From an uncultured Oscillospiraceae bacterium (GTDB lineage Bacteria > Bacillota > Clostridia > Oscillospirales > Oscillospiraceae), in contig CAJOQP010000111.1 of assembly GCA_905236515.1 (NCBI GenBank), positions 1 to 58,508 of the forward strand: a stretch of 58,508 bases of DNA. Reading direction: 5' to 3'. The position numbers and the translations under genes are program-made. The notes beneath the pieces were generated by a model. That model was not told where the DNA came from and did no database searches. It saw nothing but the letters and a program-made list of their open reading frames with translations. Positions 18,016-28,409 of the stretch are shown in pieces; position 1 is the stretch's first letter; every line of letters starts with the position of its first letter.

Positions 18016-18423
18016 TTATTTTTCCTCTTCGGATTTAGATTCCCAAATATCAGAATCTTCTTTTTTCTCGGATTTCTTTTCGGGAACAGGTTTTCCTGCG
18101 CGTTTGGCAGCTTTTGCTTTTGCCTCGGCTTCTTCCTGTTTGACATTGGTAGAAATGGCCCATTTCTTAACCTGGATTCGTACTCTGTCTTCTCCGGTCT
18201 CGAAAGTGATAGTATCTTCAGTTGCCTGAACGACTTTTCCAATTATACCACCGATAGTAACAATCTCGTCCCCTACCGTCAGTTCGCTACGCATCTCTTC
18301 GAGCTTTTTCTTTCTTTTATTCTCAGGACGGATCATGAAGAAATAGAAAATGACAAAAATCAGAATCAGCATGATGATCATGGAAGAACCACCAGCTGCA
18401 CCGCCTGTTGCTGTTAAAAACAT
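18016..18423 (-). CDS. yajC: Preprotein translocase subunit YajC with a charged C-terminal tail
   Basis: 135 aa. A TM segment is followed by the YajC core FFMIRPENKRKKK...GDEIVTIGGIIGKV. The last roughly 40 aa are K/E-rich. SD GGAGGA is present. Confidence 0.9.
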   Translation of the reverse strand: MFLTATGGAAGGSSMIIMLILIFVIFYFFMIRPENKRKKKLEEMRSELTVGDEIVTIGGIIGKVVQATEDTITFETGEDRVRIQVKKWAISTNVKQEEAEAKAKAAKRAGKPVPEKKSEKKEDSDIWESKSEEEK

Positions 18424-18495
18424 ACAACTATCCTCCAGTTATTTTTTTTACGTAAGTATGATTATAATAGGTCTGCTAATTAAATTCAAGAATTG

Positions 18496-19626
18496 TTAGA
18501 TACGTTGATCCAATATCTTGGAATAATTGTTTCGAAAAGCCTCATAATCTCCATTGTCCAAAGCGCTTCTTATCTTTGCCATGAGACTGTTATAAAAATA
18601 CAGATTATGCATTACTGCAAGACGCAGTGCAAGTAGCTCTTCGGCTTTGAACAGATGACGAAGATAGGATCTGCTATACCGTCTGCAGACAGGACAATCA
18701 CAGTTGATATCAATTGGATTGCTATCATTAGCATATTTTTCATTTTTGATGTTTATGACACCATTCCATGTATAGAGATGGCCGTGACGGCCATTTCGTG
18801 CGGGCATCACACAATCAAAGAAATCTACACCGCGGTAAACGGATTCGATAATGTTTCCTGGGGTTCCAACACCCATAAGATAACGAGGCTTATCTTGAGG
18901 CATATATTCCTGGACACACTCGATGATATCGTACATTTCCTGATGGGTCTCACCTACCGCGAGACCTCCTATAGCGTATCCGGGAAGCTCGAGCTCAGCA
19001 ATCTTTTTCATGTGTTCAATACGGATGTCCGGAAAAACAGCGCCTTGGTTGATACCAAACAGTACCTGCCCGGGATTGACGGCATCAGACTCCTGATTAT
19101 AGCGATCCAATGCATCTTTGCAGCGGACAAGCCATCGGTAAGTTCTCTCCGTTGATTTCTGAACATACTCTCTTGGGGATGGGATCTTGACGCACTCATC
19201 AAATGCCATTGCGATATCAGAACCAAGATTTGATTGAATCCTCATGCTCTCTTCCGGTCCCATAAAAATGTGGCGGCCATCCACGTGGGAATTAAATGCA
19301 ACACCTTCTTCGGTTATTTTTCGTAATGATGCCAGAGAAAAAATCTGAAAACCGCCACTATCAGTAAGGATAGGACCTTCCCATGTCATGAATTTATGAA
19401 GACCACCCTGCTTTTTAATCAGTTCATCACCTGGACGTACATGAAGATGATAGGTGTTTGATAATTCGATCTGACAACCGATATTATTAAGATCTTCCGC
19501 CGATAAAGCACCTTTTATGGCAGCCTGTGTACCTACGTTCATAAATACTGGCGTTTGCACCACGCCATGCGGACAGGTAAATTCACCGCGTCGGGCATTG
19601 CCTTCTTTTTTCAAAACTTTAAACAT
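18496..19626 (-). CDS. tgt: Queuine tRNA-ribosyltransferase
   Basis: 376 aa with TPVFMNVGT, LTDSGGFQ and the zinc site CDCPVC...H. Confidence 0.97.
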   Translation of the reverse strand: MFKVLKKEGNARRGEFTCPHGVVQTPVFMNVGTQAAIKGALSAEDLNNIGCQIELSNTYHLHVRPGDELIKKQGGLHKFMTWEGPILTDSGGFQIFSLASLRKITEEGVAFNSHVDGRHIFMGPEESMRIQSNLGSDIAMAFDECVKIPSPREYVQKSTERTYRWLVRCKDALDRYNQESDAVNPGQVLFGINQGAVFPDIRIEHMKKIAELELPGYAIGGLAVGETHQEMYDIIECVQEYMPQDKPRYLMGVGTPGNIIESVYRGVDFFDCVMPARNGRHGHLYTWNGVINIKNEKYANDSNPIDINCDCPVCRRYSRSYLRHLFKAEELLALRLAVMHNLYFYNSLMAKIRSALDNGDYEAFRNNYSKILDQRI

Positions 19627-19643
19627 AATGCTTTCTCCAAGGG

Positions 19644-20666
19644 TTATTCAATAAAGCAACAGTCACCGAATGAGAAAAATCGATAACGTTCATTCACTGC
19701 AATCTTATAAGCATTCAGAATGCTTTCACGACCTGTCATAGCTGCAACAAGCATAATCAAAGTTGATTCTGGTAAATGAAAATTGGTGATCAATGCATCT
19801 ACACATTTGAATCGGTATCCGGGATAGATGAAGATGTTTGTCCACCCTGAGGTTTCCTTAACATATCCGTCGTCATCCGCGAAGGACTCCAGTGTTCGGC
19901 AGGATGTAGTGCCAACAGAAATGATGCGTCCTCCCCTGCTCTTTGTTTCATTAATGATTTCTGCAGATTCCTTGGGAATCATACAGAACTCGCTATGCAT
20001 ATCGTGCTGTTCAATTTCTTCTTCTTTTACTGGACGAAAGGTTCCAAGACCGACATGCAGAGTGACGTAAGCGATTTGAACACCTTTTCTCTTGATTTTT
20101 TCCAGTATTTCATTGGTAAAATGAAGACCCGCTGTGGGTGCAGCAGCACTCCCCAATTCTCGGGAATAGACGGTCTGATATCGTTCGGAATCCTGCAGTT
20201 CTTCTTTGATATACGGTGGAAGCGGCATTTTGCCCAGAGATTCCAGGATTTCAAGAAAAATCCCTTCATAATAGAATTTGACGATGCGATTTCCGTTTTC
20301 CAGGACCTCAATGACTTCACATTTAAGCTGACCGTCTCCGAATGATATTTCAGTTCCTGTACGAGTCTTCTTTCCTGGCTTTGTAAGACACTCCCACTTC
20401 GAATCACCAAGATCACGCAGAAGCAATACTTCTACGTTTCCTCCGGTGGGGCGCGTTCCGATGAGACGTGCCGGCAAAACGCGGGAATCATTTAAAACAA
20501 GGCAATCGCCTTCTTGTAGCATTTCAGGTAATTCATAAAAATGCCGGTGTTCGACTGCACCGGTATTTTTATTGATATGCATCATTTTGGATTGATCTCT
20601 CTGATCCAATGGGGTCTGTGCTATCAGTTCCTTTGGGAGATCGAAATAAAAGTCGGATTTCTTCAT
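19644..20666 (-). CDS. queA: S-adenosylmethionine:tRNA ribosyltransferase-isomerase
   Basis: The canonical start [17 protein letters not shown] is at 20666 and overlaps the upstream stop as ATGA. The motifs VGTTS.RTLE and RFFSFGD are present. Confidence 0.95.
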   Translation of the reverse strand: MKKSDFYFDLPKELIAQTPLDQRDQSKMMHINKNTGAVEHRHFYELPEMLQEGDCLVLNDSRVLPARLIGTRPTGGNVEVLLLRDLGDSKWECLTKPGKKTRTGTEISFGDGQLKCEVIEVLENGNRIVKFYYEGIFLEILESLGKMPLPPYIKEELQDSERYQTVYSRELGSAAAPTAGLHFTNEILEKIKRKGVQIAYVTLHVGLGTFRPVKEEEIEQHDMHSEFCMIPKESAEIINETKSRGGRIISVGTTSCRTLESFADDDGYVKETSGWTNIFIYPGYRFKCVDALITNFHLPESTLIMLVAAMTGRESILNAYKIAVNERYRFFSFGDCCFIE

Positions 20667-22309
20667 GCAATATAGGCTCCAGTAAAATAGAAACGAATGA
20701 TATCTTCGTAATTGTAACCATAGGCATAAGCCATGGAGTATGCTCCCCACTGACTCATTCCGCAGTTGTGCCCCCATCCACCGCCGTTAAATGAGAATCC
20801 ATCATAGTATTCCGTGATGTATTCATACTGCTCCGGAGTAGGAGTAGGTTTAGGGGTCGGAGTGAGTGCTGCGGCAGAGGCATTGTCCGGGTTCGGGGTC
20901 GGTGTGGGAGATGGTGATGGCGATGGAGTAACCTGTTTCTTTACTTTTTTTACTACTTTGATCTTTGTCTTTTCTGCTGTGAAATGACAACTGGGAAGCC
21001 CCAGCGTATTGTATGCGGTGTGATCAAGTGTCACAGAGTTTTTGTTTCCATCGCTGAAAGTGAGAGAATTGCAGTTTCCTGACGGAGTGAAATCTTCACT
21101 TACTTCCGTGACCGTACCAATATTATAACCTTTGGAATTGAGTATAGAGGTCAGCTGAGTTGAGGTGATCGTTTTGTTCCAGGTCTTGTTTGGAAAACTG
21201 ATTGCGGCCTCAAAGGGATCTTCTTTTCCAAGCAGATATTCATAGTCCTGTCCAAAGACCAAGCTTGCGGATTCCGTGCTGCCGCCGTCACAAGAGAAAT
21301 AATAGGTGTTGCATAATTCACCTTTATAACGGATGAATTTGCCGGCAGTATCATCCACTGCAGCATTCGTATCCTCAGTAGCACCCTCAATTCCGCCGTA
21401 GACCTGACTATGCGTGTCATCAGTGACATCGAAACCATATTCGCCATACTGATTCATATGCTTAGCAACATATGTTCGCGCACAAAGTGCCTGCGCTTTC
21501 AGAGCTTCGATTGGCCAGGATGGGCTCATTTCATAAGGGATAACACCTTTGACATAGCTTTCCAAGTCAATACAGTTAATTACGGAAAGATTCATTCCGT
21601 TCCGTCTGAGAATTTCAAATGCACCATAGTATTTTTTTCCGTTAAAACCGGTCACTGGTTCACTATCGTATTCCACGGGTTCAACGGAAAGGTTTTTCGC
21701 CGTCGTCATATCGAAGCCGAACAGGGGCTTTTTGGTTGCTGCATCCAGAACGAGCACACCATTTTGACCGGAAGTACTTCCGTGTCCATCCAGACCGTTA
21801 TCTGAAGCATATGCATTTGCTTCAGAAAGCGAATTGAAAGCACCGAACAAGACACTGTATTTTCCGTGATAGTATGCGGGAAATCCATCTTCATATTTAT
21901 CTGCTTCTGCTCGAGCATCAGAATAAGAATAAAACTCATGATTTAAGCGAACATGATAGCATTTAGTGCTTAGTTCAGAATCAGAATAGAAATTATCCTT
22001 GATAACAACGATATGATTGGTGTCTACTCGTCCCAATTCTCTGCCTTCACGCTGCGCATTATAGGTTAGGAACTGGAATCCTGCACCGTCCAGAACATCA
22101 AGATAGATACGATCCGTAGCCTGCTTATCATATAGCAGACCGACTTTAACGTGCTTGATATCGATATCTTCATTGTCGTACTGGCTGCCGTCAACATAGG
22201 AAGACCGATCTAGATCTGTGTTGTCTGCAAAGCTTCCTGTGGACAGACTCAATGAGAAGACAAGGACGAGCAACAAAACGATATTTGGTTTTGATAATCG
22301 TTTTTTCAT
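20663..22309 (-). CDS. SpoIID/LytB-domain protein (lytic transglycosylase / amidase-enhancer family), secreted
   Basis: 548 aa with a signal peptide. SpoIID motifs are [22 protein letters not shown] and [15 protein letters not shown]. An internal K-rich plus Pro/Thr/Ser-rich low-complexity insert is present. Confidence 0.85.
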   Translation of the reverse strand: MKKRLSKPNIVLLLVLVFSLSLSTGSFADNTDLDRSSYVDGSQYDNEDIDIKHVKVGLLYDKQATDRIYLDVLDGAGFQFLTYNAQREGRELGRVDTNHIVVIKDNFYSDSELSTKCYHVRLNHEFYSYSDARAEADKYEDGFPAYYHGKYSVLFGAFNSLSEANAYASDNGLDGHGSTSGQNGVLVLDAATKKPLFGFDMTTAKNLSVEPVEYDSEPVTGFNGKKYYGAFEILRRNGMNLSVINCIDLESYVKGVIPYEMSPSWPIEALKAQALCARTYVAKHMNQYGEYGFDVTDDTHSQVYGGIEGATEDTNAAVDDTAGKFIRYKGELCNTYYFSCDGGSTESASLVFGQDYEYLLGKEDPFEAAISFPNKTWNKTITSTQLTSILNSKGYNIGTVTEVSEDFTPSGNCNSLTFSDGNKNSVTLDHTAYNTLGLPSCHFTAEKTKIKVVKKVKKQVTPSPSPSPTPTPNPDNASAAALTPTPKPTPTPEQYEYITEYYDGFSFNGGGWGHNCGMSQWGAYSMAYAYGYNYEDIIRFYFTGAYIA

Positions 22310-22324
22310 ACAGTTCTTTCCTGT

Positions 22325-22879
22325 TTAGATTTTCTTCATGGCCTCCAGGGTCTGTTCGAACAGGGTGTTCAGGTCCACACCCATCATTTCAGCCCCACGG
22401 GCGATTACATCTCTGGAGCATCCGGCAGCAAACTTCTTGTCCTTAAACTTTTTGGCAAGAGATTTCACTGGCATATCGGAAATCCCATTAGGACGCATGC
22501 GTGCTGCGGCACCGATCAGACCGGATAATTCATCCACTGCGAAAAGGACTTTTTCCATATAATGTTCCGGCTCCACATCAGAACAGATTCCATATCCGTG
22601 AGAAACAACACCGTGAATCACATCTTCATCAATATCGAGTTCATGAAGCAGCTCATTGGCTTTCGAACAGTGCTCGTCCGGCCACTGTTCGAAATCGATG
22701 TCATGAAGCATGCCGACCGTCTCCCAAAACTGGACGCGGTCCGGATCATATTCTTCCGCAAAGATCCCCATGATCTTGGATACAATCTCTGCGTGCTCAA
22801 TATGGAACGGTTCCTTGTTATACTGTTTTACGAGTTCTTCTGCCTGTTCCGGCGTGGGAATATAGCTCACAGCTGTCAT
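22325..22879 (-). CDS. HD/HDIG-domain metal-dependent phosphohydrolase
   Basis: HD motif HDIDF plus downstream His residues. The start is ambiguous. The candidates are ATG 22879 (SD AAGGAG directly adjacent), GTG 22870 (9-nt spacing) and TTG 22897 (the track start, which sits 2 nt from a TATAAT box). Confidence 0.7.
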   Translation of the reverse strand: MTAVSYIPTPEQAEELVKQYNKEPFHIEHAEIVSKIMGIFAEEYDPDRVQFWETVGMLHDIDFEQWPDEHCSKANELLHELDIDEDVIHGVVSHGYGICSDVEPEHYMEKVLFAVDELSGLIGAAARMRPNGISDMPVKSLAKKFKDKKFAAGCSRDVIARGAEMMGVDLNTLFEQTLEAMKKI

Positions 22880-22964
22880 CTCCTTATCGTGTTCCAATCA
22901 TTATAATCAATTATTGTGTTGATTTCCATATTTTTCTGCTTCCACGGAGAATGCGGTGCCCGGT

Positions 22965-23597
22965 TTACTGTTTTTTTATGGGATGCCGTATTACAGTCTT
23001 TCGCTTTTCCGGCGGGACCTTTCTCGGATCACTCAAATAGATTTCGTGGTGCATGCGATCTGTTGAAATATCAACAGCGTACCCCTGACTTTCCATATGC
23101 TCATGCATACGTGCAACTGTGGCAGGTTCCTCATCGTAAGAACCGATATGCATGCATTGAACGCAAATGCCCTCATCATATTCCATGTACTCGACCGCAG
23201 AAAAATCGGTTGTCTTCTTTCTGGTCGCCTCTTCTACCGCCCATTCAAAATCTGATTTGGAAACGAAATCCGGCAGCCGGATCACAGAGATCCAGTGGAA
23301 GCTTTCTTTGCGGTCATAATCGATGCCCTCGATTCCATCCTGCCACCAGAAACCTTCCAAAGGAGGTACAACAAAATCATAAAAACCGTCGATCTTGCGG
23401 TCACCTTTTTTGCTCATCTTGATCGTATAAGCAACCCCATACAACAGACCGATCGATTGTTTATACTCGCCGTCTTCTGCATTCGGATCCCCTTGGCCTC
23501 GTACTGCTATATAGTTCATTTTTGGAACAGTGATAATACTTGGTTTGTCTTTTGGCATGTAATACTCTTTATATTCTTTTTTAAAATCAAACGCCAT
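22965..23597 (-). CDS. GyrI-like small-molecule-binding domain protein
   Basis: 210 aa with the family-typical N-terminus FDFKKEYKEYY.PK.KP.II.VP.M.YI.V.G.GDPN. SD GGAGG is present. Confidence 0.75.
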   Translation of the reverse strand: MAFDFKKEYKEYYMPKDKPSIITVPKMNYIAVRGQGDPNAEDGEYKQSIGLLYGVAYTIKMSKKGDRKIDGFYDFVVPPLEGFWWQDGIEGIDYDRKESFHWISVIRLPDFVSKSDFEWAVEEATRKKTTDFSAVEYMEYDEGICVQCMHIGSYDEEPATVARMHEHMESQGYAVDISTDRMHHEIYLSDPRKVPPEKRKTVIRHPIKKQ

Positions 23598-23622
23598 TCC
23601 GATACCTCCACTGTCTGCAGCG

Positions 23623-24378
23623 CTACTTTCTGGCCACTACAATCGGCTGGTAGAAACCTGTTTCATCCATGAATTTCCATTCAACTTCTCTGCATCCGCT
23701 TGCAAGAAGAAGACTGGTCAGTTCTTCTCTGCGTGTAGCCCGGTATTCGCACTGAAACTTGCTGGCCTGAAGGGTCTCTCCGTCTTCGATAATATACTGT
23801 GTCAGCTGATAGTTGTCGCCATCCCACTTCCATGTCTGAAATGAGACCCTCTGCCCTTTGTCAGTCGGATGGATGTAAGGCGGAGAATACGGTGGCCTCT
23901 CTTCCAGCAGCCGATCATAATCCCGGATGCTGGCGACAAAGATCCCGTTTGGACAGAGTGCGGCGCAAATGCTTTTCACTGCCATTTCCAGTGCTTCCGC
24001 GGACAACATATGCGGCAGTGCATTATCCATGGCAATGACGATTTCAAACTGTTTGTCGAAGGTGTTTTGAAGCGCACAGAAATCTGCCTTTTCGAAACGG
24101 ATCTGAACCCCGCTTTCCTCGGTCCGTTCTTCTGCCTCGGCTAAAGCTACGGCGCTAATATCCGAAGCGGTAACCGGATAATGATGTTTTGCCAATCCCA
24201 CAGCCTGAGTTCCGATACCGCAAGCACAGTCGAGAATGCGGGCATCATGTGAAAAACCATACTCTGTAAAGATCCTTTCAAGGATGTCTGCCTGTTCGTC
24301 CGTTGCAGAATTCCAGTCCTCAAAGAGCTTATCATACTGTGGTGCCAGATTGTCATAAAAGCTTTGTGTGATATTCAT
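23623..24378 (-). CDS. Class I SAM-dependent methyltransferase
   Basis: SAM-binding motif ILDCACGIGTQ. The start is ATG 24378 (SD AGGTGA, 9-nt spacing) or ATG 24384. Confidence 0.8.
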   Translation of the reverse strand: MNITQSFYDNLAPQYDKLFEDWNSATDEQADILERIFTEYGFSHDARILDCACGIGTQAVGLAKHHYPVTASDISAVALAEAEERTEESGVQIRFEKADFCALQNTFDKQFEIVIAMDNALPHMLSAEALEMAVKSICAALCPNGIFVASIRDYDRLLEERPPYSPPYIHPTDKGQRVSFQTWKWDGDNYQLTQYIIEDGETLQASKFQCEYRATRREELTSLLLASGCREVEWKFMDETGFYQPIVVARK

Positions 24379-24457
24379 ATGCATTTCACCTGAAGTATTT
24401 CCAAAGGGACGGATACTCTTTTTGCCGATCGTGAGGAAAAACAATCACAAATGTTGA

Positions 24458-25204
24458 TTATCGGGATATAAGTTTTAAAAACCTCTTATCATTCATCTGT
24501 TCGTTGGTCAGATAGTCACCATTATAAAACAGCGCATACGTGGTGATCGGAGTCGGTGCATTCTGTGCCGCCTCCCTGCTCTCAATATGAATCGCTTTGA
24601 ACGGAATGCCGTGCTCCTTTGCTGTTTGTTCAACGATCGGTACGTATTTTGCGTTGAACGGACACTGGCTCGTGTAGTAAAGAACATAACCCTGTTCGTC
24701 AATGTGCGGGTGCTTTGCACATCCTTTGAATTCAGGTTTCTCCGCACTGTCAGTAAATGGATAATACCAAAGCTGAATACCGTTATCGGACTCATCGCAA
24801 ACGGTAAACCCTTTGTGTTTTAAAAATTTGGGATCTGCAAGAAACGGTTTTTTCTTTGCGGAAGAAAGAATACAAAGACCTTTTCTGCCCTTTTCCCTGC
24901 TGTCCACGATACAGGAGTCCAGCAAATCATTTGAATAGCCGTTCCCTTTGAACGAGCCGGAAACCCAAAGACAGTCAATGTACATATATCCGTCTGCCAT
25001 GATGGGATTCCATGCATTTTCAGCCGGGATATACTCGATAAAGCATTTTCCACGCTCTGAGCTTTTCAGAAAGACTAGCCCTTCATCCAGACGCTCTGCA
25101 AGCCAGGCTTTTTTTGATGAGACCTGTATATCCTTGTTGTTGGAAATGGCGCAGCAGATATGCTCATTTTCCAGATTATCTTTTGTGATATTAATGTACT
25201 CCAT
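24458..25204 (-). CDS. GNAT N-acetyltransferase with a YoaP-like C-terminal domain
   Basis: 248 aa. The N-terminal GNAT region (CLWVSGSFKGNGYSNDLL) is followed by a YoaP-like tail (YTSQCPF...ALFYNG). SD GGAGGG is present. Confidence 0.75.
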   Translation of the reverse strand: MEYINITKDNLENEHICCAISNNKDIQVSSKKAWLAERLDEGLVFLKSSERGKCFIEYIPAENAWNPIMADGYMYIDCLWVSGSFKGNGYSNDLLDSCIVDSREKGRKGLCILSSAKKKPFLADPKFLKHKGFTVCDESDNGIQLWYYPFTDSAEKPEFKGCAKHPHIDEQGYVLYYTSQCPFNAKYVPIVEQTAKEHGIPFKAIHIESREAAQNAPTPITTYALFYNGDYLTNEQMNDKRFLKLISR

Positions 25205-25267
25205 AAATAACCCTCCGGTTAAAAAGAACTTCGATTAAATTATTAAACCAGTCTTAGGTTTAAACAA

Positions 25268-26401
25268 TCAGCTATGTGTCAGCAGACATACGGTTTCCAC
25301 ATGGGTCGTCCCGGGAAACATATCTACAGGTTGAATATATTCTGTTTTATAGTTCTTTTTCATCATATTAAGATCCCGAGACAGGGTTTGAGGATTACAG
25401 GAAATGTAGATCAGCCGATTGGCATGCAGTTCCAAAAGTGTTGAGATAAATCTCCTGTCACAACCTGCTCTGGGAGGATCGGCAAATACGACATCAAAGT
25501 GTCTGTTCTTATCAAGGATGCATTTTGAATCGGAAATACAAGTATATTGATAGTTTCTGATACCGTTCTGCTCGGCATTTTGAGCGGCAACAGAAATGGA
25601 ATCATGATTGATGTCAAAGCCATCCAATGACGCGCAGCCATCCTTACAAGCGGCAATTCCGATAGTACCGATCCCGCAATATGCATCCAATACATGATCG
25701 GAAGTTGTGATCCGTGCATATTCGAAAGCAGTTTGATAAAGCGTTTCGGTAGAATATGGGTTGATCTGATAAAAAGCTTTGGGAGGGATCCTGAAACTGC
25801 AGCCGCAAAGAATGTCATTGATGTATCCTCTTCCCCGGATCAGATATTCCTCTCCGTTCATCCACAAAGGAGTTTGTGAGTCGTTTTTGACAGCAGTTAT
25901 ACAGACGATATTCGGATGATGTTTCATCAGCTCTTCGGCGATTTCTTCCGCCTGAGGAAATAGTCCGTTTTTTGTAACGAAGGTGACAGATACTTCCCCG
26001 GTATGAATTCCTTTGCGAATCATGATATGGCGAAGATCACCCTTTTTTCCATCAAATATGCGAACTCTTTTCTGCGGTATCATCGTTCTGATCTGCAGAT
26101 AAAGGCGGCTCAGTTCGCGGTCTTCCATCAGACAATGGTCTATCTCAGCGATTTTCCCGTCCGAGGAACGATACAGACCGGATATCATCTTCCCGTGGTT
26201 GAAATGGAAAAGATACTGGGCTTTGTTTCGGTAGTGTTCGGAGGGAGAGGATGGAATGATCTCCTGCACATGTCCGAATCTTCCCAGCAGATCGATCTCC
26301 CGCTTCATCTTAAGTGAAAGCTCTTCCTCGTACGACAGGTTTAACGTCTGACAGGCACCGCATTTTCTTCGATATTTACATGTTCGGATATCTTTATTCA
26401 T
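25268..26401 (-). CDS. TrmA/RumA-family RNA (uracil-C5)-methyltransferase lacking a TRAM domain
   Basis: 377 aa with an N-terminal Cys cluster C-x5-C-x2-C, the SAM motif LDAYCGIGTIG, DPPRAGC and the catalytic-Cys region YISCNP. Confidence 0.85.
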   Translation of the reverse strand: MNKDIRTCKYRRKCGACQTLNLSYEEELSLKMKREIDLLGRFGHVQEIIPSSPSEHYRNKAQYLFHFNHGKMISGLYRSSDGKIAEIDHCLMEDRELSRLYLQIRTMIPQKRVRIFDGKKGDLRHIMIRKGIHTGEVSVTFVTKNGLFPQAEEIAEELMKHHPNIVCITAVKNDSQTPLWMNGEEYLIRGRGYINDILCGCSFRIPPKAFYQINPYSTETLYQTAFEYARITTSDHVLDAYCGIGTIGIAACKDGCASLDGFDINHDSISVAAQNAEQNGIRNYQYTCISDSKCILDKNRHFDVVFADPPRAGCDRRFISTLLELHANRLIYISCNPQTLSRDLNMMKKNYKTEYIQPVDMFPGTTHVETVCLLTHS

Positions 26402-26432
26402 GGCATTTTCATGTGTACAGCTGGTCCCAAAA

Positions 26433-27377
26433 TCAAATACTCTCTTTTGGCGTTAATTTCAGATAGATGTTAGCCAGTATCGCGCCGGAGATGTTATGCC
26501 ACACCGAGAAGATCGCTCCCGGAACGGTAGCCATGGACAGATTCGGGAATGCGGTTCCCGCCAGGGACGTGGCAAGTCCGGAATTCTGCATTCCGATTTC
26601 AATTGATAGTGCTTTCTTCTGCGGCAGAGATAAACCAAATATCGTCCCCAGCAGAAATCCTAAAACATATCCAAGCAGATTAAGAAGAATTACAATGGCG
26701 AATACGACGATACCAGTTGCCAGGATGCTCTGTGCATTATGTGATATCACGGCCCCAACGATCAATGCGATGGCAATCACAGATATGGCTGGCAGGATCT
26801 CACTTATTTTATCGGTATACTCTCCCCAGTATCTGTTGATAATGAAGCCTGCTGCAATCGGTATGATAATGACTTTGATAATGGACAGGAACATGCTCAT
26901 GATATCTACCGATACGGATGTCCTGAGGGCAAGCCAGGTAATGGCCGGAGTAAGGATCGGAGCCAGCAGCGTATTGATCGTGGTCATTCCCACGGACAAT
27001 GCAACATCACCTTTGCTGAGATACGTGATTACATTGCTGGAAGTACCTCCCGGACAAATCCCGACCAGCATCACGCCTGCGAGTAGACCCGTTTCCAATG
27101 AAAACATATTTCCAAGTAAAAATGCCAGCAGCGGCATAATCGTGAATTGTGCTATACATCCCAGAATGATGTTTTTCGGATGCTGAAATACTATTTTGAA
27201 GTCTTCCGGTCTCAGTGTCAGTCCCATTCCGAACATGACGATCATCAGCAGATAGTTGATCCATGATGTCTGAATCCATAGACATGTTTTTGGCAGAAAC
27301 AGCGCCAATGCTGCTACAACCAACACTATTACAGCCATATATTTCCCCAAAAATGCACCAATCGTTTTTAGATTCAT
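26433..27377 (-). CDS. Bile acid:sodium symporter (BASS) family transporter
   Basis: About 314 aa from MNLKTIGAFLGKY. It is polytopic, with the family motifs GGTSSNV and the GMQNSGLA region. Confidence 0.85.
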   Translation of the reverse strand: MNLKTIGAFLGKYMAVIVLVVAALALFLPKTCLWIQTSWINYLLMIVMFGMGLTLRPEDFKIVFQHPKNIILGCIAQFTIMPLLAFLLGNMFSLETGLLAGVMLVGICPGGTSSNVITYLSKGDVALSVGMTTINTLLAPILTPAITWLALRTSVSVDIMSMFLSIIKVIIIPIAAGFIINRYWGEYTDKISEILPAISVIAIALIVGAVISHNAQSILATGIVVFAIVILLNLLGYVLGFLLGTIFGLSLPQKKALSIEIGMQNSGLATSLAGTAFPNLSMATVPGAIFSVWHNISGAILANIYLKLTPKESI

Positions 27378-27442
27378 CGTTATTGAATAACACCTCAGCA
27401 AGTATGATATTGCTTTCTTTAATTATTTTGAAAATCCGTTGC

Positions 27443-28375
27443 TTATAGTCCGGGGATTCTTTCCTGATAGTCGATCCATGATTTCTGAGGGACTTCATGG
27501 ATGTTATCCCCGTCCATATAGTTTCCCAATAGAAAGGGAGATGCGGGATCATGCAGTCTGTTCTGAGAAATGATCTCTGCCGGTTCCGCATTTGCATAAC
27601 AGTATCGGCAAAAATGCATACAGGTGTTATAAGCACCGATATCACAGGACAGATAACAGGCGCATTCGGCTCTGGCTCCTTTTGTTTTAGGAGCGATGAG
27701 CCTTCTTCCGATTGCCTTTTCGTAGTCGCTGATCTTCGTACAACCGCTGCAGTCAGCACCGTATTCAGCAAGCTCGTTCCCTTCCGCACACGGCTTTACG
27801 ATCATTCCATATTCAGATGCAATCTTAATGATCCCTTTCCCGAGGTTCACGCGGTCGGTTTTAGATACCTCTCTGGCTTCCGGGAAATTCTTTCTGACTT
27901 TGGGGTACAGATCAATAAAGCTGATCACGACCGTTTTTGTGTATCCGTTCAAGCATTCCGCAATCTTCCGGAATGCATGCAGATGATACTCTGAGGTATA
28001 TTTATCAGAGAGAAAGATCGGGTCGTACCGCCAGCATATGGAATCGATTCCCACCATGCCGGAAAGTGTTTTGAAATCTTCTATCAGGCGATGTTTGTCA
28101 GGGACACCCGGTTCAATATCCCGGCCGTACGGAGTCAGAGTCACGAACCAATACTGTCCGAATTCCTTTAGTAAATCCATATAAGGAAACATGGGTGCCG
28201 GATTTTTGGTACAGAACCCTATTACGTCCACAACGGACGGATCCAGCCTGTATCGATTCACCTGGCTGTGATTATAAGGATTTCGCACGCATACAAATCC
28301 CTCTTTTATTCTGTTTGCAAACCATTCGGCATAGAAAGCCGGTATGTCTGTTCGTTGTCCTGTATTAATAATCAT
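27443..28375 (-). CDS. DUF1848 domain protein (Cys-rich, predicted Fe-S; function unknown)
   Basis: 310 aa with the family-typical start MIINTGQRTDIPAFYAEWF.NR and the C-terminal cysteine cluster C..C..CxC...C......C..C..C. Confidence 0.75.
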   Translation of the reverse strand: MIINTGQRTDIPAFYAEWFANRIKEGFVCVRNPYNHSQVNRYRLDPSVVDVIGFCTKNPAPMFPYMDLLKEFGQYWFVTLTPYGRDIEPGVPDKHRLIEDFKTLSGMVGIDSICWRYDPIFLSDKYTSEYHLHAFRKIAECLNGYTKTVVISFIDLYPKVRKNFPEAREVSKTDRVNLGKGIIKIASEYGMIVKPCAEGNELAEYGADCSGCTKISDYEKAIGRRLIAPKTKGARAECACYLSCDIGAYNTCMHFCRYCYANAEPAEIISQNRLHDPASPFLLGNYMDGDNIHEVPQKSWIDYQERIPGL

Positions 28376-28409
28376 TTTATATAAAATGGGTGGCCGGTTT
28401 CAATCAAGC

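Noticed and set aside
27007-27789. 260-aa minus-strand ORF spanning the BASS / DUF1848 gene boundary
   Set aside because: It lies out of frame across two well-supported genes and their intergenic spacer. The product has no coherent domain and is rich in Arg/Ser/Thr from frame-shifted codons.
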